Below are positions 53,701-64,000 of a stretch of DNA of 64,000 bases, piece after piece. The notes beneath the pieces are model-generated. The model did not search any database. It worked only from the letters and a program-made list of their open reading frames with translations, and was not told the origin of the DNA. Made by a program: the position numbers and the translations under genes. This DNA comes from Eledone cirrhosa (Eukaryota): contig OZ024740.1 in assembly GCA_964016885.1 (NCBI GenBank), forward strand, positions 222,580,001 to 222,644,000, written 5' to 3'. Positions within the stretch are counted from its first letter, which is position 1, and each line of letters starts with the position of its first letter.

Positions 53701-54319
53701 GTTGATATGCAGTTTGTTTTTAAGGAAATGAGGCGTAAAGGTCTGACTTCACATTAACACGAAAAAAATTAACATGAAAAAAATGTATACCAGACTTTAA
53801 AAATCATTAGTGGGTTGGGTCGATATAGTCAACTGAGACACGTTTAGGCAGTGTTCCAGCATGGCCACAAATGGTAATAATTTTTAATGTTTCACATAAA
53901 TAGTGGTTCCATTGATCAGTGGTTAGATGTGCAGAGATCTTTACCCCACTTAGAAAAACTAAGATTTGCTGACAGTAAGTATATATGTCTTTATATGTTT
54001 ACCTAAGCATGCCTCATGCAGCTGACGCTAGATATGGTGATGATATAAGCAGTTGTAAAGATGTTGGCAATAGTAATGTTTTGGCAATCACTTCTATTAA
54101 AATGGAAACAGATATTTATAGTAGCAATACTGTTGATGTTATGGAGTGTAGCCCCACTCAAACCCAGCCAACATTTATCAAGTAGACATACCAAGAAATG
54201 ATACATTGATATAGGTGGTTGCTCATAGCTAATGTGGTATTGATGTGATGAATTCCTCTGGATTTATGATAATTCCATGTATAATAGTAAGAACTCTTTA
54301 CTTTTGCATGATATAAGGT

Positions 54320-54407
54320 AATGATGATGATGGTGGAAGTAGTGGTGATGATGGTGGAAGTAGTGGTGGTGGTGGTGGTGGTGGTGGTAGTGGTGGTGAT
54401 GATGATG
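54320..54407. repeat. (GGT)n/(GAT)n trinucleotide repeat
   Basis: Read directly. Confidence 0.9.
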
Positions 54408-55453
54408 AAAGCAACATCTCAAGTGCTGGTGCCATGACAAAATGTCACCGATACACTTGTAAAGTAGCTAGCAATTGGAAATAACATGGCATTGAGAGGA
54501 TCTTTTGTTCCTGCTGATGACATAATTTCTCTCCTGATTGTGCCATAATAAAATGCACCCAGTACACTCTGTAAAGTAGTTAGCAATCAAACAAAGACAA
54601 CATGGACTGGGGAGGACACTTTAATTCTGACAAGGACATAACTTATCTAGTACTGGTGCCAGGATAAAATGCATGCAGTACACACTGTAAAGTCCTAAGA
54701 AGGATATCGAGCTGTAGAAGCTGTGTCAAAAAACAAAACATCTAAGCATTGAATGGTCCAATGACTTGTCTAGAAGGAGAGTAAATCTGGATAAGATTTG
54801 ACTCATATTGTGACAGCCCATTCAACTCATGTCAGCATGGAATGTGGATATAAAATGATAATGGTGATGATGATCTAAGATGCGTTACACGAAGTGGCTG
54901 TTGGATTTGACACACTTTATTTTATTAACCCCAGAAGGCCTCATAAAGTTGAGCGCAACAGAATTCGAACTATGAGCATAAGGAGTTACAACTAATTGCT
55001 GCTGGTATATTATCAGCATAATAACAGTATACTAATCATTTCTGCTAGTTCACCTCTTTCGTGACAGTAGTGAAATATTTGACTGAGATGGCAAAGATTT
55101 GGATGGCAATATTACTGATGATAATTGTAGGAGTAAGGCAGTCAAATTAACAGTCATTAAAGTGCTGGATATATTGTTTAAGTACTGTGTTCTGAGTTCA
55201 AATCCTACTGATGTTCACTTTGCCTTTCATCCATTCAGAGCCAATAAAGAAAGTAACAGCTTAGCACTTATGCAGCCCTCTCTCCTTTCAGCTGTCATTG
55301 ATGCTCCATTTGATCAAGGGAGTGATGACTGCATTTATTCATGACTGCATGGGCACCTTAGCAGAAGCATGGTACATACTTGCCAATCATACTCAATTGC
55401 AAGTGATGGCTGTAGTATTTTTTATTTTAGTAGTGGTGGTGGAGGTGGTGTTT

Positions 55454-55871
55454 GTGTTGAGTATAATGGTTTCTACTTTTTGGCACAAGGCCAGCAAATA
55501 CCCAGTACATTACTGGTACTTTATTTTATCGACCTCGTAAGGATGAAAGGCAAAGTTAACCTCGGCGGGATTTGAACTCAGAATGGCAAGGGCCGTACTC
55601 TATGTGTCAAAGCATGGCGTCCGACCCTCTACCGATACTGCCAATCCACCGTATTGTTGAGTATAATGATTTCTAATATAGGCACAAGGCCAGTAATTTG
55701 GGAAGAGGAGAAAGTTGATTAAATTGACCCCAGTGCATTACTGGTACTTTATTTTATCGACCCCTGTAAGGATTTGAACTCAGAACATAAAGAGTCGTAA
55801 CTATGCCAAGAAGCAAGGTGTCCGACGCTCTACCGATTCTGGCAATCCACCGCCCAGTGTTGAGTATAATG
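55454..55871 (-). mobile_element. Two tandem SINE family B copies with a triplicated flanking repeat
   Basis: TGTTGAGTATAATG occurs at ~55455, 55655 and 55858. Confidence 0.85.
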
Positions 55872-57231
55872 AAAGGAAAATGAGGATCATGATAAGAAGT
55901 AGTGATGGTGATCTTATTTTGAATGCATAGTTTGACCTAGTGCAATATTATGGAGAGGATATTTAGATTTGTCCAAAATTATGTAAGCAAAGGCAAAAGA
56001 ATATTTCATGATTCCTTTATAGAGTCAGTCGTAAGTTGAACAATAAAGAAAATTGCATATTTGAACAATTCAACAGACTTATCAACTGTAATTGTTGGTA
56101 GTATCACGAGTTTTGCTTCAAAGGTGAAATATAAAATAATGGAGATTAATAGAGCATTTATGTATTAGCTTTAATACAGTCCCATAATTTAACACTCAGT
56201 CAACAAGAAGTAGATCTGATTAAACGTTGCTCAATCTGGTTATTAATGGATCTTCTCAATACCTAATTAGATAATTTTCCTCCATTATTTGAGTATATGA
56301 AAGTATATGCAAAATGCAGCAGGGGGTTATAAGTAGTGTGTGTGTGTATGAGACAGAATATGATGGGAAATTATGGTATTCACTTGAACTGTCTACATAC
56401 AATGACCAACACAGTGTTAGTAAATTATGTTTGAATTGTCTTAGAGACATATGGAATGGATTTGTTGCTGCCATTGTTGTTGGCTGCTTTTGTGGGGACA
56501 AATGGTAAGGAATGTGATAATGTAATTTAATTAGAAACCCTATTGTCTCAAGACAAATTTTAACATTGTGTTGAAGCACCTGGTTTAGTTGTTAGAGTGT
56601 TGAACTCCAGAGAGTAAAGTTGTGAGTTTGATTTCTGAAGCAAGCAGTTCAGTGTGTCCTTGAGCAACGACGACAACAAGGATTATATGACTATTTTTCC
56701 TGCTGAAGGAAGCCTCTTTTTTTTGGCCCTCTCACCAACTTCCTGCTTTTCATTTTCTCCTATGTCATTTTTAGCCACATCTTTTTTCGTCTTCTTCCTC
56801 TACTTTATTCTACATTTATTCTGATCACCTTTCTCAGCCAATTTACTTTCAACCTTCCTCAGAACATGCCCTTTTTTTACAACATTCATCACAGGCTCTT
56901 TCTCATCATCTTCTGAAGTTCATTGCTTGTCTTCCACTCTCTGAACAAGATATTTTATTTCACATTACTTCAGTCCCCCCAGCTGAAGCAAATAAGAGCT
57001 ATCTGCAGGGGAATCTTCTACTCCCAGTCAATTAGTGCCAATTAGCCCAAGATAAGCTCCAGCCTGCTAAGCCTCTAGATTTGGGCAAGTCTTTAATTTT
57101 TTTCTGGTAATGTTTCAGTTAATAGTCTCTGTTCTTGTTTTCTACTTTTTATTTTAAAGCATACACCAGAAGGTTAGTGTGATTTTTAGGATAAATACAA
57201 ATGCTGTTGCCATCACAGTTGCAAGAAGGGA

Positions 57232-57600
57232 TCTTCTTCTTTTCGTATCTTCGAAGCATGTGGTTATATGACAGTTTCCCATTTCTTTACACAGTCCTTT
57301 GCATTATTATTAAATTCTGAAAGATCTTTGAAGCTGCACTGGTTGGGTAGTAGAGGGCAAACAAGGCAGTGCTGCATCATATGGTCCTCCTCTCCGCATT
57401 CACAGATGGTTGGGCTGGTCTTGTAGCCCCATCTGGCCATAGAAGCTTTTGATCACCTCATTCCTGTTCTCAGGCAGTTCAGTGTCTTCCACTGGACCCA
57501 TGGTGCTTCTGAACCAGGAGGGAGGGCTTCAGAAGGGGGGATTCCCATGTCAATAGGAGGGGAGTCATTCTCTAGCTTTCTAATCCATAGCTGTAGTCAC
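57232..57600 (-). mobile_element. Vingi/Ingi-like LINE 3' end (CCHC zinc finger)
   Basis: WVQWKTLNCLRTG...MARWGY..PTICECGEEDHMMQHCLVCPLL..CSFKDL; tail ACGAAAAGAAGAAG. Confidence 0.8.
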
Positions 57601-58734
57601 GATGAAAACCGATTTTTAAAACGACGTTTCTACAGTAAATTGGTAACAAGGAGCATTCAGACCATGGGCATCAAAACAATACAAGGATACTCTCAATAAT
57701 TCAGTAACAATGTATAGTCATGGAGAGCTGTGTTGCTGGGATGTCCACTTAGCATAATCTCATAAAGAAAGAGGTCCCAACATCCAAGTAGAAAAAGAGC
57801 AGAAGAGGGAGTTAAAGAAGTCCAGAACTGCAAGCACATGGGAGTAAAAAGGACATGTCAGCAACTGTTGAACATAATCATAAGTGATGTCATTGTTACA
57901 ATCCATTGAGATATAAGAACAAATAGTGTGTATGTTTGAAAGTCAATTGAAATGATCACTGCTGCAATAAAATTATCATTACTCCACCTTCTACACCACA
58001 TTTAAATATAATTGCTGTTATTTTCATTACCATAACTATCAGCAATAGCAGCAGCATTATTATCTTCCTTATCAGTACGTAGTCATTATCATGATTAATT
58101 CTCTGACTTACCACCTACTCCCCAATTGTAATTTAATGTAATATTGCAGATCAGTGAATTTAATAAGCATTAGCAATGTTCTGAAATTAGAATCCATTTA
58201 ATTTGTAACTAAATGCAGCAATGCTAAATAAATTTACTTTAAGCATGAATGACTCCACATAGTTTGAAAAGTCATTAAAATATTTCCTCAGAAGTGTTAA
58301 GCTGACACATTTTAGGAAGTTATTCAAATAATGAGTCTTTATCCATGCAAGATTAAATTTGATATCCTATTTCACATGACTTTATGCACCCTCAATCATT
58401 ATGAGCAAAAGCTTCTTGTAGAGCAATTCCTCTGATGTAAATTGGAGAAACATTTTAATTTCAATAATCTTGTTAAATATCTTCATTAGAATTTAAGTAC
58501 CCTTAGTTCAGCTATTTCGCATACTACATCAACTTAACTTCATTTCAAAATATCTATTCTACTAACTTACTAATTTACTTACCTAAGAAACTGTCAAATC
58601 TAACAAGACTATCTGGTCAATGTTTATGTAAAGTGATGTTGGTTGGAATTGATAAATGATGCCCACTACAGGGACTCTGAATCATTGCAAAGTAATTTAG
58701 ACTTCAACAGAATATCAAAGATCTAAATCAAGTA

Positions 58735-59247
58735 TCTGTGAAATAATTGTTTCTACTTTTGGCACAAGGCCAGCAATTAACCAGTTCATTACTGGTACTT
58801 TATTTTATCAACCCCGTAAGGATGAAAGGCAAAGTTAACCTCGGTGGGATTTGAACTCAGATCGTAAAGGGAGGTAACTACGCTGGAAAGCATGTCTGAC
58901 CCTCTACCAATACTGCCAATTCACCACCCTTCTATGAAATAACTGTTTCTACTTTTGGCACAAGACCAGCAATTATCCAGTGTATTACTGGTACTTTATT
59001 TTATCAACCCTGTAAGGATGAAAAGCAAAGTTAACCTCTTCTATGAAATAATTGTTTCTACTTTTAGGCACAAGGCCAGCAATTATCCAGTGCATTACTG
59101 GTACTTTATTTTATCGACCCCGTAAGGATGAAAGGCAAAGTCAACCTCGGCGGGATTTGAACTCAGATCGTAAAGGGACGTAACTATGCTGGAAAGCATG
59201 GCGTCCGACCCTCTACCGATACTGCCAATCCTCTTCTATGAAATAAT
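58735..59247 (-). mobile_element. Three tandem SINE family B copies, separated and flanked by TCTATGAAATAAT-like repeats
   Basis: Repeat at 58735, 58931, 59040 and 59235; the middle copy is truncated. Confidence 0.88.
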
Positions 59248-59443
59248 ATTCCTTAATAACATATAAAGTTTTCATATGGTCATTATAAATAAAGGTTGCA
59301 CTTATTAATACATTATCTTAGACATGAATGGACAAAAGGCAATTGGAAAGTGCAAGGAGGAACTAATCTCCTATGAAGAAAAGAATTCTCTGATGAGGAG
59401 GAGTCATGTCAAGTGAATGGGAAATAATTTCCTGTGAGGAGGA

Positions 59444-59479
<36 letters not shown>

Positions 59480-59631
59480 CCATACATAAGTGATACGACA
59501 GATCGCTGGCTTGGCTGGGAGATCAGTAGCTGCCACTTCAGTACTGTGTTGGTCTATGTAGATCCATCCAATCCTTGCTAGAATGGAAAGCAGATATTAA
59601 AATGACAATGATGATGATGATTATGACACAG

Positions 59632-59667
<36 letters not shown>

Positions 59668-59710
59668 ACGCACACACGCACACACACAGACACACATATA
59701 TATTACTTAA

Positions 59711-59948
59711 GTCGAACTATGTTGCCTTTTGCACCATTTATGTATGGAGAAACGTAGAAAAGTGAATGAAAAAATGATGATAATGACATATATATCTGTA
59801 CATATATCATCATAATTGACTTTAAATGATGACATATAAATTATATATGTATGAGTATATATGCCATCATCATATCCTCATGGTTTTTATATTCACTTTT
59901 CTATGTTTTTCCATATCTAAATGGTGCAAAAGGCAACATCATTCAACT
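59711..59948. repeat. Imperfect inverted repeat (arms >=50 bp)
   Basis: ATGTTGCCTTTTGCACCATTTATGTATGGAGAAACGTAGAAAAGTGAAT versus ATTCACTTTTCTATGTTTTTCCATATCTAAATGGTGCAAAAGGCAACAT. Confidence 0.85.
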
Positions 59949-62537
59949 CATGCAAGTTAGTCCACTCGATACTATGATCTATATAATGTTTTCATGTAAT
60001 ATGAGTTTGTACGTATGTCATATATTTGAATGAAATAGAAACAGATATAAGAGACATACATTGAAACCACACAGAGAAAAACATTTGATAAAGGGCAACA
60101 AAAGAAATATATATTTACTTGGAACAATTTGGTTTCTGTTGTTTCTTACTGCACATAATTACTTATGCCATATTGCAGTTCAACAATAAGGGAAAAGAAC
60201 AGTTTATTTCACATAACTTTCATATCTTTTTGTTAAACATTCTGGACCAAATTAGAAGCAGTTACCAGATCTATTTTACTTTCTCATAAATATATAGACA
60301 AATTGAAAACCTTATGTTGCACTTTAATCCTGAATATAAGAACAACTTAGAATTCATTAGTACTGAATGTTTCCAGTATACCATTTACTGGAGTAAACCA
60401 TTTATGGGGAGTTTTTTTTTTTTATCACCATCCAGAATATTTTGAAGAGCAATTACTTTAAGACTGCTGGACGTTATCTTCTGGAGTGAAGGTAGGTAGG
60501 ATACCTTTTAGCGTTTACAGATCTCTTCCAGCAAATATTGTGTGCTTGCCTAATTAAAAGTATCCATCCAGAATCTGAAATTTTGATGATTCATTTTCTC
60601 AATTTACAACTTCTTTCATCTTTCTCACCCACCCATGAAGCTTTTTCTTCTTAATGTTTTTCTCCATACAGTCCATATTAATTAGATTTGGAACAATGAT
60701 CAAATCACTGAGACTCAAATATGAGATAACAAAGATGGAGAGATGTTGTGTTAAAAGGACTTGTCCAACCCATCCAAAAACGGATTTACAAAACGATGTT
60801 GATTATGATGATCCTTGCATAAATGCATACTCATTTTTCTTCCATTACACAAATTATTTCCTTAACTATAACATATGTAACTGTATTATACATTTATAAA
60901 TTTAATGTTTCACTAATTGTATCATTATGTATGAATATTACAATTACTGTGGTTGTGACCTTTAATGTGAGAAAAATGAAATCCCATGGGATTATTTCTT
61001 CCCCAAATGACAATGGCCACCAACACAGAAAATGGCATTGAGTAGACAGTTTAAAATCTTGGAGTTTGGTCGAATGATGTAATGAGTTCAAACACAACTT
61101 CCAAGGCAATGTGATAAAAAAAACGAACAATAAAAATGAAAGTCAACTTTTATTAAACAAGTGAACGAAACAGATAAAAGATTTACTCAAGGAGTGAGGT
61201 TACATCCCTTGAATCCCCACTAGTTATATATAGTAAATAAGTAAGTTCATTAATAATCCAAACTATTCGAACCTTAGTACTCAACAAATTAAAGGGAGCA
61301 ATCTAAATGAGGAATGAATATAATTTTGGAATGTATTGACACCACAATAGTACAAAAGACAACACAGCTCAACTAAACACAAAAACACATACATATATCT
61401 ATACATCTACACACACATACACATATATAAATAGATACATACATACATATTAATCATTGGAAGCATAGATATGTATGGATTAATATATAACAATTGGTAA
61501 ATGTGTTATAGAAATATCAAGTCCTAAAATTATTTCAGTCACATTATACCATTTATAGAATTACAAAACAGCTTTTCCTGTTGTGAAGAAAAGATACATT
61601 AAAGAAAATAATTACAAACAGAAATCTTTAATTGAAGTTAAAAATCAATTTCTACTTAATTAAACTAATTGAATCGTTTCTACATGTTTATTTACTGAAT
61701 TCTTTGTTTATCAAAATTATATCATCTATTATTGTAAGGAAAAGAAAGTACTGAAGGTCACATGAAACATTTTCATATTGTTATGTTGTTAACACAGCTT
61801 TATTAGTGTTGAAACACTGAACTTAGATTAAGATCAGAATAGGTACTATGTAACCCTGCAGGGTATAAGAGTAGACTAAATGTGTTGGCACCAAGAAACA
61901 CATCTGGCTGTAAAACATTGCCTTAAAATGGATCTCAAGATAAATCTGAATCCTGCCAAGTGATCTGCAAGGTTAAACACTATTTTAACAAGGAGAATTA
62001 CTTTAAAACTCTTGTTATAACCTTGCTTTGAACACATTAGTCTGGTATTTTGGTCCTAATGATTTTTACTTATATTCTGTCATCGAACTATATCATTCTA
62101 CCTTACATTTCTGTATACCACAATTATTCACACAATTTCCTGCATAAATAAGTAATTGTTTTACATTGTTGCATTAGCCTGAGCTGCTTGGTAAGACATT
62201 GCCATAATGTTTGTTATGTTCATCATCATCGTCGTCGATTAACGGCTATCTTCCACGCTAGCATAGGTTAGACAGTTTTGTCCGATTTAGAGGCAAGTTG
62301 TGTCAGGTGACAGTGTCTTGCTCATACAGGAGAGTTTCTGGCTGGTATTCTATGGCTGGATGCCCTTTCTAACGCCAACCACATTTACAGTGTGTGCTGG
62401 TTGCTTTTTGTCGTGGCACCTACCTTTATTTTCATTTTATGGAATAATTGATGAATTACCTTTGTTAGTGACTATTTTATCTACAAGTAGGTTTAAGGAC
62501 TGCATAGTTGGCAGAAGGCCAGAGTTTTAAGTATTAC

Positions 62538-62743
62538 CATAAGGGTTGGCTGAAAGGTTCATAAGCTGACCAAGACACTCTCATCGAATGACAAAATGAG
62601 ATTTATTTTTAACATAGACCTTGGAAAGCAACAATGCAGTTATTAATAAGAAGAGTTGAAATGAAATTAATGCATGCAAGATTTCACAACGCTAGCATCA
62701 TTCCTTTGTAGTCAACCTATGAACTCTTCATCTAACACGTGTA
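62538..62743. mobile_element. Mariner-type MITE (copy 3, opposite orientation)
   Basis: The interior is the reverse complement of 14590-14791. Confidence 0.78.
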
Positions 62744-62782
62744 TATTAGAAACAATGCAGAAGAAAGCCATTATTAGTTTTA

Positions 62783-63100
62783 TCTATATTACTAAAACAA
62801 AGAATGTCTATTTGTCTGTCTGTCCAATCACTAAAACTCGAGAACCACCCAACCGAGTTTTTTTCAAACTTTACACATGTAATACTTATGGTCCCATGAG
62901 TGTTTTGAGCAAAAGAAATATCAAATTTTCAATGCCCAAGGGACCGTATTAGGCGATTTAGCGATCTCTCTCTATAATTCTTAGTCTTTCTCTTTTTAGA
63001 TAGATACATAGATATAACGTTGCGCCATTATAATATCTGTCTGTATGCCTGACTGTCTGCATTACGTCATTATGACGCGGTGTGTGTGTGTGTTTATATA
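62783..63100 (+). mobile_element. Non-autonomous Helitron 5' end
   Basis: A|TCTATATTACTAAAA...(GTCT)n...AACTCGAGAACCACCCAACCGA..TTTTCAAACTTT, the typical 5' layout of animal non-autonomous Helitrons; the 3' end was not located. Confidence 0.65.
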
Positions 63101-63282
63101 TGTATATATATATAGTGTGTGTGTATATATATATATATATATAGTGTGTGTAACGTTTTTCGAAATATTTACTTATGCGTTCACAGATTTATTATTTTAG
63201 TTTCAGAAGATCCCGTTAAGGCTTAAAGCAGCGATTCTTTGCTTAAACTTTAATCTGTTATTTTAATATATATATATATATA

Positions 63283-64000
63283 AATATTGCCAGAATTAAT
63301 AACAGAAACACTCACTGTTTGGTTGGTTTTCGCTTCTGTATCTTTTATATCAGTTAATTTAATTTATTCGGTCCTCAATGTTACCATTGACTGACCAATA
63401 GTCAAAACTACAGATATAATATAGACACAAACACATATATATAGTCTTACAAAGTTCTTTCGTGCACATCTGCAACATCGTCAGTGGTGCTATTGTTTCC
63501 TCCTGTTGTATTGTATGTCTACACCATCTTTATTTAATCCGTTTATTTATTTATTTTTGTCTTCTTCTCTGCGCGTGCGTTTGTAGGCAAATCAGAGAGG
63601 CCAGTGAAATAGAACTTAGAACGCCAAAGCTACACAGAAAAAATTAATGGAATAACAACAACACACAAACAAACAATACTGACCTAAGAGAAGTATAAAT
63701 AAATAAATAAATAAATACATACACAAGCACAATAACAACAAACATATATAAACACACACTAGTGAATTAAGATAGAATACAATAACCAAAACACAGTCAC
63801 CCAAACACGAACACACGTCAAACACTATACACACACGCAAACGCATGCGCAGAGAAGAAGACAAAAATATAAATAAATAAATAAATAAATAAACGGATTA
63901 AATAAAGATGGAGTAGACATACAATACAACAGGAGGAAACATATTAGCACCACAGACGATGTTGCAGATGTGCAACGAAAGAGCTTTGTTAGACTATATA
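63283..64000. mobile_element. Penelope-like element: inverted pseudo-LTR (63283-63580, -) joined to a sense copy (63588-64000, +)
   Basis: The sense part matches 1600-2000; the inverted part is the reverse complement of ~1850-2125. Hammerhead-like cores at 63447-63490 (-) and 63946-63992 (+, with CAGACGA mutation). Confidence 0.85.

Noticed and set aside
58735-59247. Repeat-spacer pattern superficially like a CRISPR array
   Set aside because: The 'spacers' are homologous SINE copies, the context is eukaryotic and there are no cas genes.
60505-60575. Possible minus-strand exon SGWILLIRQAHNICWKRSVNAK
   Set aside because: Splice signals are only moderate, and there is no supporting homology I can recognise.
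61078-61260. Possible solo LTR starting TGTAATG
   Set aside because: No matching CA end, TSD or second copy found.

Overview
This is AT-rich eukaryotic (metazoan) DNA that reads as intronic or intergenic, and no host gene can be called with confidence. The (TA)n/(CAT)n microsatellites and the SINE/LINE content resemble an octopus-like cephalopod genome (inference). Decayed mobile elements dominate the window. Non-LTR retroelements include RTE LINEs (one lineage carrying a PHD finger), CRE- and R4/Dong-clade RLE elements, a Vingi/Ingi 3' end, Penelope-like (GIY-YIG) remnants and tRNA-derived SINEs. DNA-transposon remnants include mariner, piggyBac and hAT MITEs, a pogo fragment and Helitron ends. 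The most notable signal is a set of minimal type I hammerhead-ribozyme motifs (CUGANGA-stem II-GAAA-short palindromic stem III-UH) in Penelope-type pseudo-LTR sequences. Several sit in inverted-repeat units next to (TA)n tracts, including an apparently perfect 171-bp-arm palindrome with one intact hammerhead per strand (11138-11526). All calls come from reading and hand-translating the sequence; no searches were run, and the boundaries of decayed elements are approximate.
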